DNA from: an uncultured Gammaproteobacteria bacterium
Lineage (GTDB): Bacteria; Patescibacteriota; Microgenomatia; UBA8517; JACQJR01
Assembly: GCA_964442455.1 (NCBI GenBank)
Contig: CAYTZB010000003.1
Coordinates: 19,842 to 83,841 of the forward strand
Reading direction: 5' to 3'
DNA length: 64,000 nt
Program-made: the position numbers and the translations under genes
Shown: in pieces, positions 29,571 to 39,256 of the stretch
Numbering within the stretch: position 1 is the stretch's first letter
How the letters are laid out: every line of letters starts with the position of its first letter
The notes under the pieces: generated by a model
Told to the model about the DNA's origin: nothing
Databases searched by the model: none
The model's input: only the letters and a program-made list of their open reading frames with translations

Positions 29571-30077
29571 ATGCAAAAAGATTGGAAGATTTTAGCAGGT
29601 AGTATTTTGTTTACCTTTCTTCTTATTGTTGGCTTGGTTCTTTGGCAGGGGAGAGGAGGATTAAGCAAAACCCAAGTATTGTCAGACGGTTCTGGAATTG
29701 AGCTTTCTCCTCAACCTTCGGATTGGGGCGAAATACAGATTAATGGAGGAATTGTAACCCGTGAATTTGAGATTAAAAATACAAGCGAAAGATCAATAAA
29801 ACTTAAAAAAATTGTAACCTCATGTATGTGTACCACTGCCGCAGTCAAGATTGGGGAAGAGTCAACAAGATTTTTTGGAATGGAGATGAGCGGTGATAAG
29901 AATCCGCCGGTTAATATGGAAATTGATGCAGGTGAGGTAGCAAAGATTATTGTTAAATTCGACCCAGCAGCTCATGGCCCTCAGGGCGTGGGGCCGTTTG
30001 AAAGAATAGTCTGGCTCACTTTTTCTGACCCGGCGGGAGTCAAAGAGCTTAAGTTTAATGGGAGAGTTGTGCAATGA
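29571..30077 (+). CDS. DUF1573-like protein with N-terminal TM anchor
   Basis: IVTSCMCTT motif typical of DUF1573. Confidence 0.4.
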   Translation: MQKDWKILAGSILFTFLLIVGLVLWQGRGGLSKTQVLSDGSGIELSPQPSDWGEIQINGGIVTREFEIKNTSERSIKLKKIVTSCMCTTAAVKIGEESTRFFGMEMSGDKNPPVNMEIDAGEVAKIIVKFDPAAHGPQGVGPFERIVWLTFSDPAGVKELKFNGRVVQ

Positions 30078-30586
30078 ACATACTAAGGTATTTACTGGTT
30101 GCCATTCTCCCTGTCTTTTTTTTAGCAAAACCTGCGTTTGCTCATTGTCCTTTATGCGTTGCAGGAGCAGGCATTGGTCTTTCGCTCGCAAATAGTTTGG
30201 GAATTGATGATAGCATAACTGGTGTGTGGATAGGAGCCTTTCTGGGAGCAGTTTCTTTTTGGACAGAGGTGTTTCTATCCAAGAAGAAAATCAAAAATGT
30301 GCTGATGCGACCGTTACTCTATCTCGTTATCTTTATTAGCACCATTTGGTCATTCTATGCATTCGGTTTGGTCAACAAGCATTTTGGTACCATTTTCGGT
30401 CTTGATAAGTTGACCTTTGGCATAATTTCCGGAGGAGCTGTCTTTTATTTGGCTGATTTTGTTGATGGTTGGGTGATAAAGAGGGTGGGCCGAGTATTTA
30501 TCCCTTATCAGCGAATTTATGTGAGTTTAGGAAGTATGCTTGTTTTGAGCATACTTATTTATATTCTTATTAACTATTATATTTAA
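30074..30586 (+). CDS. hypothetical integral membrane protein
   Basis: About 5 TM helices. Overlapping start (ATGA). Confidence 0.35.
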   Translation: MNILRYLLVAILPVFFLAKPAFAHCPLCVAGAGIGLSLANSLGIDDSITGVWIGAFLGAVSFWTEVFLSKKKIKNVLMRPLLYLVIFISTIWSFYAFGLVNKHFGTIFGLDKLTFGIISGGAVFYLADFVDGWVIKRVGRVFIPYQRIYVSLGSMLVLSILIYILINYYI

Positions 30587-30587
30587 T

Positions 30588-31793
30588 ATGTCGCGTATTA
30601 TCTCGAAAACAATGAAGTTTAATAAAAGGATACTATTATTTCTTGTCTTTAGTAGTCTTATAATTGTGGGATTTCTTTTGGGCACAAATTATAACTCCCT
30701 ACAAAATTTTTCCTTTCCCGAGACTTTTAGAATAAAGATTGCTGAGAATATCTCTCCAAGACAACTTGATAAAGAGCTTAAAGACAAAAACTTCACTTTT
30801 GTTAACGTTCATACCCCCTATGAGGGGGAAATTAAAGGGACGGATATGTTTATCACCCATGATGAAATGATTGCGAATAAAGCTCAACTTCCAAATGACA
30901 AAAACGCTCCGATTATCCTTTACTGTAAAACTGGAAGAATGAGTGCCGATGCCCTTGCGACTCTTCGGGGTATGGGTTATACGAACGTCCGCCATCTTGA
31001 AGGAGGAATGGATGCATGGAAGAGGGCGGGGTATGAAGTGCTTGACCTATCAAGGCTTCCGGAAGAAGTTTTACCCAAAGAAGGTATGGTGCTTCCGGTT
31101 AAGTGGGGACAGATAGGTCCACGGCTCGTTGAAGCGGGAGTGATAGATTTGGATAAATTCAATAATAATTTAACGGACGAACAGAAAAAGATTTTGACCC
31201 AAAGTTCAAGCGAGTTTATCAAAATAGATAGTTCCAATAGCCATTTTGTTGTCAATATGCTGTGGGCGTTGGGTCTGGCGCAAAAAAGCATAGTGTACGA
31301 GGAAGGCCCAATGGGGAAAGAGCATAAGGCAGGAGTTGGTAACTTTGCCTCAACAGGGGGGTGGACGCTTGGTCGAGAAGATGCAGTTCGTTATCTTAAC
31401 CAATATGAGCTTGTCCCGTTAACTGCCGAACAGCAGCAAAAGGTTGCTGAGATTGCCAAGAATGTGTACCGGCCCTGTTGCGGAAATTCAACGTGGTTTC
31501 CTGATTGCAACCATGGGATGGCAGCGCTGAGTGCGATTGAGCTTATGGTTGCCGAAGGTGTACCAGAGGAGCAGATTTATAAGTATATCCTCGCGCTTAA
31601 TTCCTACTGGTTTCCTGATACTTATATAGTGACTGCAACCTATTTTGCTCGGCAGGGCATACAGTGGAAAGATGTAGATGCTAAGCTTGTGTTAGGGAAA
31701 GATTTTTCTTCAGCGCAGGGAGCGCGTGAGGTTGCCAAAAAGGTTGGACCGTTGCTCTATAGAGCAGAACGGAGCGGAAGTTGCGGAGCATGA
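30588..31793 (+). CDS. rhodanese-domain protein fused to an uncharacterised Cys-rich domain
   Basis: Rhodanese active-site loop YCKTGRMS...HLEGGMDAWKRAGY. C-terminal domain with the PCCGNSTWFPDCNHG motif and a terminal SCGA. Confidence 0.6.
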   Translation: MSRIISKTMKFNKRILLFLVFSSLIIVGFLLGTNYNSLQNFSFPETFRIKIAENISPRQLDKELKDKNFTFVNVHTPYEGEIKGTDMFITHDEMIANKAQLPNDKNAPIILYCKTGRMSADALATLRGMGYTNVRHLEGGMDAWKRAGYEVLDLSRLPEEVLPKEGMVLPVKWGQIGPRLVEAGVIDLDKFNNNLTDEQKKILTQSSSEFIKIDSSNSHFVVNMLWALGLAQKSIVYEEGPMGKEHKAGVGNFASTGGWTLGREDAVRYLNQYELVPLTAEQQQKVAEIAKNVYRPCCGNSTWFPDCNHGMAALSAIELMVAEGVPEEQIYKYILALNSYWFPDTYIVTATYFARQGIQWKDVDAKLVLGKDFSSAQGAREVAKKVGPLLYRAERSGSCGA

Positions 31794-31813
31794 GCGGGAG
31801 GGAGGTGAGATAG

Positions 31814-32074
31814 ATGAAGTTAAATGAACAGGCCTTTGCAAATGCGTCAGCTATACTTACCGGACTTGTTTATCTTGTTTGTTCTCTTTTAGTAGCGCTT
31901 TTCCCGGATTTTTTCAGAATAGTTAGTCAAAGCTGGTTTCATGGCATCAATTTAGAGACAATCTGGACAGGAAGTGCTAGAGGAAATTTCTTATTGGGGC
32001 TTATTACGGCGGTAGTTGGAACGTGGTTAACAGGTTGGGCGTTCGCGTGGGTGTACAATAAATTGAGTAAGTAA
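31814..32074 (+). CDS. small membrane protein
   Basis: 86 aa with two or three hydrophobic helices. Confidence 0.3.
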   Translation: MKLNEQAFANASAILTGLVYLVCSLLVALFPDFFRIVSQSWFHGINLETIWTGSARGNFLLGLITAVVGTWLTGWAFAWVYNKLSK

Positions 32075-32133
32075 CCCTCCTTCGTCCGCCAGCTGGCGGA
32101 CTTCGGCGAGGGCAAGGGAGGTGAGAAAGTACC

Positions 32134-32274
32134 ATGATGGGATGGGGATATGGCAACATGATGAATTGGGGAGGTGGCACGCTTGGTTTTTTGGCTACGC
32201 TGTTTTGGGTTGTGATTTTGATTGACTTAATTTTAGTAGGAGTATGGCTTTGGAAACAGATTAACAAGAAATAA
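32134..32274 (+). CDS. 46-aa membrane peptide (not in ORF track)
   Basis: ATG preceded by GGAGGTGAGAAAG. Translation MMGWGYGNMMNWGGGTLGFLATLFWVVILIDLILVGVWLWKQINKK has a Gly-rich N-terminus and one TM helix. Confidence 0.3.
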   Translation: MMGWGYGNMMNWGGGTLGFLATLFWVVILIDLILVGVWLWKQINKK

Positions 32275-32293
32275 CTTTCAAGAAGGGAGAGAA

Positions 32294-32605
32294 GTGAAGA
32301 TTCAATTGATTAGAAATGAAGGGTGCCATATTTGGCAAACTACAGAAAAGGAACTTAGGGCGGCGCTTGCTCAAGCAGGGATACCGCCCGAGTATGAAAT
32401 TGTGGTGGTTAGTAACAATGAGGATGCTACTCGGTATCGTTTCTTTGGCTCTCCTCAAATAACGATTGATGGACAAGATTTAGATCCCACAGCCCAAAAT
32501 TTCGAACAGTTTCAAGCGCTTGGATGTCGTATTTATATCTGGCAGGGGAAAATGTATGAATATCCGCCGAAAGAAATGATTCTAGCTGCTCTCCAAAGGA
32601 AATAA
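32294..32605 (+). CDS. hypothetical small protein upstream of the heavy-metal ATPase
   Basis: 103 aa with GTG start. Two Cys (GCH..., LGCR). Possible thioredoxin-like or metal-handling accessory, but no firm motif. Confidence 0.3.
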   Translation: MKIQLIRNEGCHIWQTTEKELRAALAQAGIPPEYEIVVVSNNEDATRYRFFGSPQITIDGQDLDPTAQNFEQFQALGCRIYIWQGKMYEYPPKEMILAALQRK

Positions 32606-32607
32606 AT

Positions 32608-34821
32608 ATGACCTACACGTGTCCCATGCATCCTGGTGTTCGCCAGGATAAACCTGGGCGTTGTCCGAAGTGTGGAATGGACTTAATTCCCATTACAAAA
32701 AAGCAAGAGCAAAAAGGTATAGATCATAATAATCATATGGAACATATGATGAAACCTGCTTCAGAATTATCCTGGTGGGAAAAATTTAAGATGAGCATGG
32801 GTATGACAATGGGTATGGAGCATGGCGGGTTGGCAGGAAGAGAAATGGCTCGTCTCATGGAACAAGATATCAGAAACAAATTCTTTTTTGCCTTGTTCTT
32901 TTCGATTCCAATTGTCGCTTACTCGCCCTTGGGAGAAAAATTTTTGGGAAAACTTCCCAGTCCGATCCCGGTACACTGGCTGACGTTTATCCTAACGACA
33001 CCTGTCTTTTTCTACTCCGGTTGGATTTTCCTTTACTCGTCATATAAAGCCCTGCAGAAAAAAACACTCAATATGGCGGTTTTAATTGCCGTCGGCATCA
33101 CGGCGGCATACTGCTTTAGCATCGTTCTGACTTTATTGGGTTCAAGCGATTCGTATTATGAGGCCGCGGCGCTTTTGATCACTTTCGTTCTTTTCGGCCA
33201 TTGGATGGAAATGAAGTCAAGGCGTGGCACGACAGATGCTTTGCAAGCGCTTTTTGCGTTAGTCCCGCCGCAGGCGAGGGTAATAAGAAATGGCAAGGAA
33301 GAGCTTATCCCGACCGCTCAAGTCAAGGTCGGCGACACTGTCGTTCTTAAACCCGGCGATAAAGTGCCGGTAGATGGTCAAATTATAGACGGTGAAACTG
33401 CGATTGATGAATCACTAGTCACCGGCGAATCAATCCCGGTTGCCAAGGAAGAAGGCGACAAAGTAATTGGCGGGTCTATCAATCACTCCGGATCGGTCAG
33501 GTTCAAAGCCACAAAGGTCGGGGAGGATACAGCCCTTGCCCAAATTGTCAAAATGGTTGAAATCGCCCAAAGCTCCAAAGCTCCAGGGCAAAAGATTGCT
33601 GATAGATTCGCCCAGTATTTGGTAATTGTCGCGGTCGGCGGCGGACTGCTTGCCTTTGGAGCATGGTACTTCATTATGGGTGCACCTCTCCTTATTGCGC
33701 TTACCTTTGCAATATCAACCACTGTCATTGCCTGCCCCGACGCTTTAGGCCTTGCAACACCAACTGCCGTCGCGGTTGGTACCGGGTTGGGCGCTAAGCA
33801 TAATATTCTTATTAAAGATGCACCAACGCTTGAACAAATGTCCAAAATCCAATCAGTAGTTTTAGATAAAACCGGAACCTTAACCGAAGGTAAACCTAAA
33901 ATTACCGACGTTATCGTTGTCAAAGGTTTTACCAAAGATGAACTACTTAAACTTGCTGCTGCTGCCGAAGTAAAATCAAGCCATCCATTAAGTTTAGCGG
34001 TTATTGAGGAGGCCAAAAAAAGAAAACTAAAAATCCCGGCAAACGTTTCGAAATTTAAAAACCTTGAGGGTCATGGCGTAGAGGCAACTGTAGAAGGCAA
34101 GCATGTACTCATTGGAACTGTTAGGTTAATGAAAGATCGTGGTGTAGACATAAAACCTCTGCAAAAAGAAATAGATAGACTCCTTGCAGAAGGCAAAACA
34201 ATAATGATTCTTCCAATAAACGGTAAGATTGCTGGTGTTGCAGCCGCAGCAGATCCTATAAAGGAAAATGCCAAAAAGGCAGTCGAGCGAATGGAAGAGC
34301 TAGGACTTGAGGTAGCGATAATTACCGGAGATAACCAAAAAACTGCAGAGGCAATAGGTAAACAGCTCGGCATCAAAAGAATTTTTGCAGAGGTTTTGCC
34401 CCAAGACAAAGCAAAATATGTAAAAAAACTTCAGGATGAAGGAAAGTTTGTGGCAATGGTAGGAGATGGGGTTAATGATGCGCCAGCATTAGCCCAAGCT
34501 GATATTGGTATAGCAATAGGCGCAGGAACCGATGTGGCAATTGAGACAGCAAAAGTGGTGTTAATGAAATCTGATCCAGCTGATGTATTGCGGGCAATCA
34601 GACTTTCCAAAGCAACAGTTACTAAGATGAAGCAGAATCTGTTTTGGGCATCAATTTATAATCTTTTGGCAATTCCTGTTGCAGCAGGCGTGCTTTATCC
34701 AACGTTTGGTATATCCCTAAGACCTGAAATATCAGCACTACTCATGAGTCTTTCTTCCATAATAGTTGCTACCAACGCAGTTTTACTAAACAGAGCAGAG
34801 AAAGATCTGGTGTCAGTGTAA
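32608..34821 (+). CDS. heavy-metal-translocating P1B-type ATPase (CopA-like)
   Basis: N-terminal zinc-ribbon-like metal-binding motif CPMHPGV...CPKCGM. Transmembrane CPD (CPx) motif. DKTGTLT, GDGVNDAPAL. Confidence 0.8.
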   Translation: MTYTCPMHPGVRQDKPGRCPKCGMDLIPITKKQEQKGIDHNNHMEHMMKPASELSWWEKFKMSMGMTMGMEHGGLAGREMARLMEQDIRNKFFFALFFSIPIVAYSPLGEKFLGKLPSPIPVHWLTFILTTPVFFYSGWIFLYSSYKALQKKTLNMAVLIAVGITAAYCFSIVLTLLGSSDSYYEAAALLITFVLFGHWMEMKSRRGTTDALQALFALVPPQARVIRNGKEELIPTAQVKVGDTVVLKPGDKVPVDGQIIDGETAIDESLVTGESIPVAKEEGDKVIGGSINHSGSVRFKATKVGEDTALAQIVKMVEIAQSSKAPGQKIADRFAQYLVIVAVGGGLLAFGAWYFIMGAPLLIALTFAISTTVIACPDALGLATPTAVAVGTGLGAKHNILIKDAPTLEQMSKIQSVVLDKTGTLTEGKPKITDVIVVKGFTKDELLKLAAAAEVKSSHPLSLAVIEEAKKRKLKIPANVSKFKNLEGHGVEATVEGKHVLIGTVRLMKDRGVDIKPLQKEIDRLLAEGKTIMILPINGKIAGVAAAADPIKENAKKAVERMEELGLEVAIITGDNQKTAEAIGKQLGIKRIFAEVLPQDKAKYVKKLQDEGKFVAMVGDGVNDAPALAQADIGIAIGAGTDVAIETAKVVLMKSDPADVLRAIRLSKATVTKMKQNLFWASIYNLLAIPVAAGVLYPTFGISLRPEISALLMSLSSIIVATNAVLLNRAEKDLVSV

Positions 34822-34928
34822 ATGCACTTTTGCTTCGAGGAACAAAGCTATAAAGCAGTTGGGGCTTGACATAATATACACCTTTTGTGGTAGTGTGAAA
34901 AAGGGAGCGGTAACCGCTCCTTAACTAT

Positions 34929-35249
34929 ATGGCAACTAGTGCTGTGACAGATAACGATTTTGAGGATAAGGTAATAAAGAGTAAAACACCCATTCTTGTT
35001 GATTTCTGGGCCGCATGGTGTGGGCCGTGCCGGCTTGCTGAACCTGTTCTTGAGGAGCTTTCTTCGGAATATAAAGATAAAATAGTTGTTGCAAAATTAA
35101 ATGTTGACGAAAATCAAAAGATGACGGAAAAGTATAGTGTCATGTCTATTCCTACCACAATTCTTTTTAAGAATGGCCAAGAAGTCGGGCGTCAAGTAGG
35201 TTTTGCGGGGAAAACAGAGTTTGAAGAACTAATAAAAAAAGCACTTTAG
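34929..35249 (+). CDS. trxA: thioredoxin
   Basis: WCGPC active site in WAAWCGPCR. 106 aa. Confidence 0.85.
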   Translation: MATSAVTDNDFEDKVIKSKTPILVDFWAAWCGPCRLAEPVLEELSSEYKDKIVVAKLNVDENQKMTEKYSVMSIPTTILFKNGQEVGRQVGFAGKTEFEELIKKAL

Positions 35250-35257
35250 TGCTTTTT

Positions 35258-35392
35258 CAAATCCGAAGCACGAAATCCGAAATCTGAAACAATATTTAAA
35301 TTCAAAATCACAAGTTCAAAACGTTTAGAATTTGAGAAATTAGAATTTTGAATTTGTTTCGAATTTAGAAATTCGAATTTAGAATTTACTTA
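35258..35392. repeat. AT-rich palindromic element, CGAAGCACGAA family (intergenic copy)
   Basis: AATCCGAAGCACGAAATCCGAAATC ... TTTCGAATTTAGAAATTCGAATTT arms. Follows a hairpin right after the trxA stop. Confidence 0.6.
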
Positions 35393-35409
35393 AAAGGAGG
35401 TGATAAATT

Positions 35410-35667
35410 ATGGATCCAACAAATCCAACAGGGACTGATCAGCCGATGCCGGGAGGCTCTGCTCCAACCAGCGGAGGGGGTGAACCGGTCTCAACACCGA
35501 GCGGACAAGGCGGACCAACTGTTCCACCACCACAACCAACTCCTGGTGCGTCAACACCTCCAACGGAGCCTACCTCGCCGGCAGGCGGGCCAGTACAAAC
35601 TCCATCTGAAGGGGGAGACGAGCCTACAGGCGGGCAAACCCCCCCTCCAGTAGGTGGTCAACTCTAG
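35410..35667 (+). CDS. Pro/Gly/Thr-rich small protein (low complexity)
   Basis: Strong SD AAAGGAGGTG 8 nt upstream of the ATG. 85 aa, compositionally biased. Confidence 0.25.
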   Translation: MDPTNPTGTDQPMPGGSAPTSGGGEPVSTPSGQGGPTVPPPQPTPGASTPPTEPTSPAGGPVQTPSEGGDEPTGGQTPPPVGGQL

Positions 35668-35755
35668 GGGAGTGTAAAAGGCCACCGGCCAAGAGGGCCT
35701 TCACCGAACCAGAAGGTTCTCCGAACCGGAGGTCTGGCCCGGAAGGGAGAGTTTT

Positions 35756-36805
35756 ATGGTACAGAGCGTCTATGATGTGGCTATTATAGGTAGTGGCCCT
35801 GCTGCATTTACTGCTGCTATTTACACAACGCGTGGTGCGGCAAAGACGTTGATTTTGGGTGGAAGCAAATGGGGTGGGCAGTTGATGTTGACAACAGAAG
35901 TTGAGAACTTTCCGGGCTTCCCTTCAATACTTGGACCAGAGCTCATGGAAAAAATGAAGGGACATGCTACAAAATTTGGAGCGGTGTTTGTAGCAGCGGA
36001 TGTTGAGGAAGTAGACTTTGCCCCGCCAACTGGCCCGCTTCGACGCGAGGCGAGCGGGGTATTTACGCTTAAAGCAGGCGGTCAGGAGTACAAGGTTGCA
36101 TCAGTTATCATTGCAACCGGAGCAAGCGCACGCTGGCTTGGTCTCCCTTCAGAACAAAAGTATATTGGTCGAGGTGTTTCTTCCTGTGCACCATGCGATG
36201 CCCCGTTTTTTAAAGATAAGAACGTCATTGTGGCGGGAGGAGGGGACTCGGCTATTGAAGAAGCGTTGGTGCTCATTAAATATGCAACCACAGTAACAAT
36301 TGTCCACAGACGTGATAGCTTTCGTGCCTCGAAGATTATGCAACAGCGTGCGCTAACAAATCCAAAGATAAAGGTTATGTGGGATACGGTGGTTGAAGAG
36401 GTTATGGGGAATGAGAAAGTGACTGGTGTTAAGCTCAAAAACGTAAAGACAAACCAAATAACTGAGTTGCCAATTGACGGAGTGTTTGTGGCTGTCGGAC
36501 ATGATCCTGCAACGAATCTACTTACGGGAAAAGTACAGCTTGATGAAAAGGGGTATGTCAAGATTGTTACTCACGATAAATACAATACTTCTAATGAAGA
36601 AGGAAAAGTGATTGGTAATAAATTTTCTACCATGACAAGTGTAGAAGGTGTTTTTGTCGCAGGAGATGTCCATGATTTCCATTACCGACAAGCGATAACT
36701 GCCGCTGGCTTTGGCTGTCAAGCCGCTATGGATGCGCTCGCGTGGTTAGATGACCTCCGGTCCAGAGAGACCTCCGGTCCGGCGGAAGTGCGCGTTGGGG
36801 CTTGA
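35756..36805 (+). CDS. trxB: thioredoxin-disulfide reductase
   Basis: FAD-binding GSGPAA. Redox CAPC motif. NADPH-binding GGGDSA. About 349 aa. Confidence 0.8.
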   Translation: MVQSVYDVAIIGSGPAAFTAAIYTTRGAAKTLILGGSKWGGQLMLTTEVENFPGFPSILGPELMEKMKGHATKFGAVFVAADVEEVDFAPPTGPLRREASGVFTLKAGGQEYKVASVIIATGASARWLGLPSEQKYIGRGVSSCAPCDAPFFKDKNVIVAGGGDSAIEEALVLIKYATTVTIVHRRDSFRASKIMQQRALTNPKIKVMWDTVVEEVMGNEKVTGVKLKNVKTNQITELPIDGVFVAVGHDPATNLLTGKVQLDEKGYVKIVTHDKYNTSNEEGKVIGNKFSTMTSVEGVFVAGDVHDFHYRQAITAAGFGCQAAMDALAWLDDLRSRETSGPAEVRVGA

Positions 36806-36837
36806 CACTCGACTTTTAATACCTGATACTTACTCCA

Positions 36838-37557
36838 ATGGCCAAAAAACTACCAAATCTTCCAAATCTCATTACTCCTATCCTTGTCGTTCTTCTTGTC
36901 GCTGCAGCATTCACCATTGGTATGTTTTGGCAAAAAGTGCAAGTTTTAGAGAAAGGTGCAGGGACTCAAACTACAACAGGAGCAACACGAACACCCGCAC
37001 CTGCTCCCACAGTACTTTCTTCTGAGAAATTTTCAGAGGTAGTTCGCGACGCAGTTTTTGTTGCCGGAAATAAAGATGCGAAAGTGAAATTAGTTGAGTT
37101 TACCGATTTTGAATGTCCTTTTTGTGGAAGATTCTTTACCGATACATTTCCGCAAATAGAAAAGGAATACCTTACAAATGGGAAGATTGCTTACTATATC
37201 CGCCATTTTCCGCTTTATTCTATTCACCCCAATGCGGAAAACGCAGGGTTAGCCGCTGAATGTGCGCGCGAGCAGAATAAATTCAAGGAAATGCACGACA
37301 TGATTTTCCAAAATCAAAAAGCGATAAGTGTGCAAGACTTAAAAGGGTATGCGGCAAAGCTTGGGCTCAAAACCGACCAATTTAATTCTTGTCTTGATGA
37401 TAAAAAGTACAAAGCGAACATTGATAGAGACGTAAAGTTGGGAAATGAGGTTGGTGTCTCCGGAACCCCCACTTTTTACCTCAACGGCCGCGTCATCAAT
37501 GGCGCCCAACCGTTTGCCAACTTCAAAACCGCGATTGATGAAGAATTGAAGAAGTAA
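36838..37557 (+). CDS. DsbA-like thiol:disulfide oxidoreductase with N-terminal TM anchor
   Basis: CPFC active site in FECPFCGRF within a thioredoxin fold. Confidence 0.7.
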   Translation: MAKKLPNLPNLITPILVVLLVAAAFTIGMFWQKVQVLEKGAGTQTTTGATRTPAPAPTVLSSEKFSEVVRDAVFVAGNKDAKVKLVEFTDFECPFCGRFFTDTFPQIEKEYLTNGKIAYYIRHFPLYSIHPNAENAGLAAECAREQNKFKEMHDMIFQNQKAISVQDLKGYAAKLGLKTDQFNSCLDDKKYKANIDRDVKLGNEVGVSGTPTFYLNGRVINGAQPFANFKTAIDEELKK

Positions 37558-38316
37558 CTATCTTCTTCCTACTCGCCTTCCTAAGCCAGAGCGATAATTG
37601 GGATCACTAGAAGTTTTGAAAACTGAAGGGAGACATGTTGATAATAAATTTGCTCCTGATTTCCAATTTTGAGCTAAGTTATATCTGATGTTTCCTCTTA
37701 CAAGATTAATGAGTTCGTCTCTTCGGTCAATCCAATTACCGCCCTCTTTTATTATCTCTTCCATAGATGGTCTAGATTCATTTAGATACGCTTCGCGAAG
37801 CTCTGCTAATTTCACATCAGGATAAACAAAAATATAAATAGCTCTTCTTAATGCTTGCTCGGTGACTTCTTCTGAATCTTCAGTGGAGATGTTTGAATTA
37901 AGGAAGGCAGTGTCGTCAATTATATCTACACTTTCTATAATTTTCCTCCTTAGGATACCTACTACTTCTGAAAATCTTAGCTGAGGAATTCTTAAGTCTA
38001 TGCCACCCCAAAAAGTACCTTCGTGTATACTTTCAGGTTCATCTGATTTAGTATCAAGTAAACTTTCTATTAATTTATTTAAGGAGCCCACTTCATAAAT
38101 TGGAGTTTTTGATCCAACTGTGATGAGGCAATACTCTACCGGTTTATATGGTGGTAAGTATCCGGGGTTAAAGATAGAAGGTGGTACAACTTTATCGCTT
38201 GTAACTGTAATAGCGGGATTTGTATAGAGCTGTTCTCGGATGCGCGTGAGTAGTGAAGCTGAAGTTTCGCCGGTTTCTTGTGGTGGTTGTGATGGTTGTT
38301 CAGCTTTGTTCCTCAT
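37558..38316 (-). CDS. hypothetical protein
   Basis: 252-aa ORF with no recognisable motif. Confidence 0.3.
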   Translation of the reverse strand: MRNKAEQPSQPPQETGETSASLLTRIREQLYTNPAITVTSDKVVPPSIFNPGYLPPYKPVEYCLITVGSKTPIYEVGSLNKLIESLLDTKSDEPESIHEGTFWGGIDLRIPQLRFSEVVGILRRKIIESVDIIDDTAFLNSNISTEDSEEVTEQALRRAIYIFVYPDVKLAELREAYLNESRPSMEEIIKEGGNWIDRRDELINLVRGNIRYNLAQNWKSGANLLSTCLPSVFKTSSDPNYRSGLGRRVGRR

Positions 38317-38414
38317 GCCCTTTCTAGTCTATTGGTCACTTTGACAAGCAAACTCTTTTTACATCCAAATTTAATTTTTGTCAAGGATAATTGATGAAGA
38401 ATTGAAGAAGTAAG

Positions 38415-38774
38415 TTAGCGAGAAAACCTTCGCATCACCGCACCTGCTCCTAACAAGGCAAGAAGCACAATTCCTACAGCAACAGCTGGAACTCCAGTTT
38501 TAGGAAGCTCGCTTACTACTCCTGTTTGGGGAAGGGAAGTGGGTACGGGACTTGAGGTTGGTCGGAGTGTGGGAAGAGGTGATTGTCGTACGACTTGTTG
38601 GGAAGTGGGTTCTTGCGAGCGGCGCTGCCAAAGATACCATCCACCCGCAACAATCACTACAACTACAAGAAATCCAATAATCGTTGGTATATATCCTCGT
38701 GCTCGTTCCAAGTAAGGTGGACCTTCGGGAGAAATTTCAGGAGAACGGAGAGGTTGTGTGTACTCATCCGGCAT
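38415..38774 (-). CDS. small LPXTG-motif cell-surface protein
   Basis: C-terminal LPKTG followed by a hydrophobic stretch and RRFSR tail (sortase sorting signal). N-terminal signal-anchor. Pro/Ser/Thr-rich middle. Confidence 0.4.
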   Translation of the reverse strand: MPDEYTQPLRSPEISPEGPPYLERARGYIPTIIGFLVVVVIVAGGWYLWQRRSQEPTSQQVVRQSPLPTLRPTSSPVPTSLPQTGVVSELPKTGVPAVAVGIVLLALLGAGAVMRRFSR

Positions 38775-38887
38775 GGTGGATACAGTATATAGTATTTTTA
38801 CTTGTTGTCAAGAAACAAGCTCTGAAGTAATGAGCAGTTACTGAATACTTGCTCAACAAACCTTTTTGCGCTAAAATATACATCTGA

Positions 38888-38959
38888 GGCCCTGTAGTCT
38901 AGCGGTTAGGACACGACCCTTTCAAGGTTGGGACACGGGTTCGATTCCCGTCAGGGCCA
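38888..38959 (+). tRNA. tRNA-Glu(TTC)
   Basis: Manual cloverleaf. Acceptor GGCCCTG/CAGGGCC. Anticodon loop CTTTCAA. T-loop TTCGATT. Confidence 0.85.
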
Positions 38960-38967
38960 CCCAAAAT

Positions 38968-39100
38968 ATTTTCCATTGTCCATCTTGCCTGTCGGCAGAC
39001 AGGTTTTCCAGTTTCCAATTATTGTCGATTTACTAATCTTCAAATTGATGAATGGAAAATCAATGGCAAATGGCAGTTGGAAATTGGCAAATTTTAAATA
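38968..39100. repeat. AT-rich TTCCAATT/AATTGGAA-type repeat element between tRNA genes
   Basis: Hairpin CCTGTCGGCAGACAGG followed by TTCCAGTTTCCAATT ... GGAAATTGGCAAATTT palindromic arms. Confidence 0.5.
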
Positions 39101-39101
39101 T

Positions 39102-39175
39102 GGGCCGCTAGCTCAACTGGATAGAGCAGGAGCCTTTTAAGCTCTTGGTTCTGGGTCCGAGTCCCAGGCGGCTCA
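39102..39175 (+). tRNA. tRNA-Lys(TTT)
   Basis: Manual cloverleaf. Acceptor GGGCCGC/GCGGCTC. Anticodon loop CTTTTAA. T-loop TCCGAGT-type. Confidence 0.85.
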
Positions 39176-39182
39176 CTGTTAT

Positions 39183-39256
39183 TGCGGGTTCGTCTAACGG
39201 CAGGACTGCGCTCTTTGGAAGCGTATATCGGGGTTCGAATCCCTGACCCGCAGCCA
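39183..39256 (+). tRNA. tRNA-Gln(TTG), CCA encoded
   Basis: Manual cloverleaf. U1-A72 acceptor TGCGGGT/ACCCGCA. Anticodon loop CTTTGGA. T-loop TTCGAAT. 3' GCCA. Confidence 0.8.
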
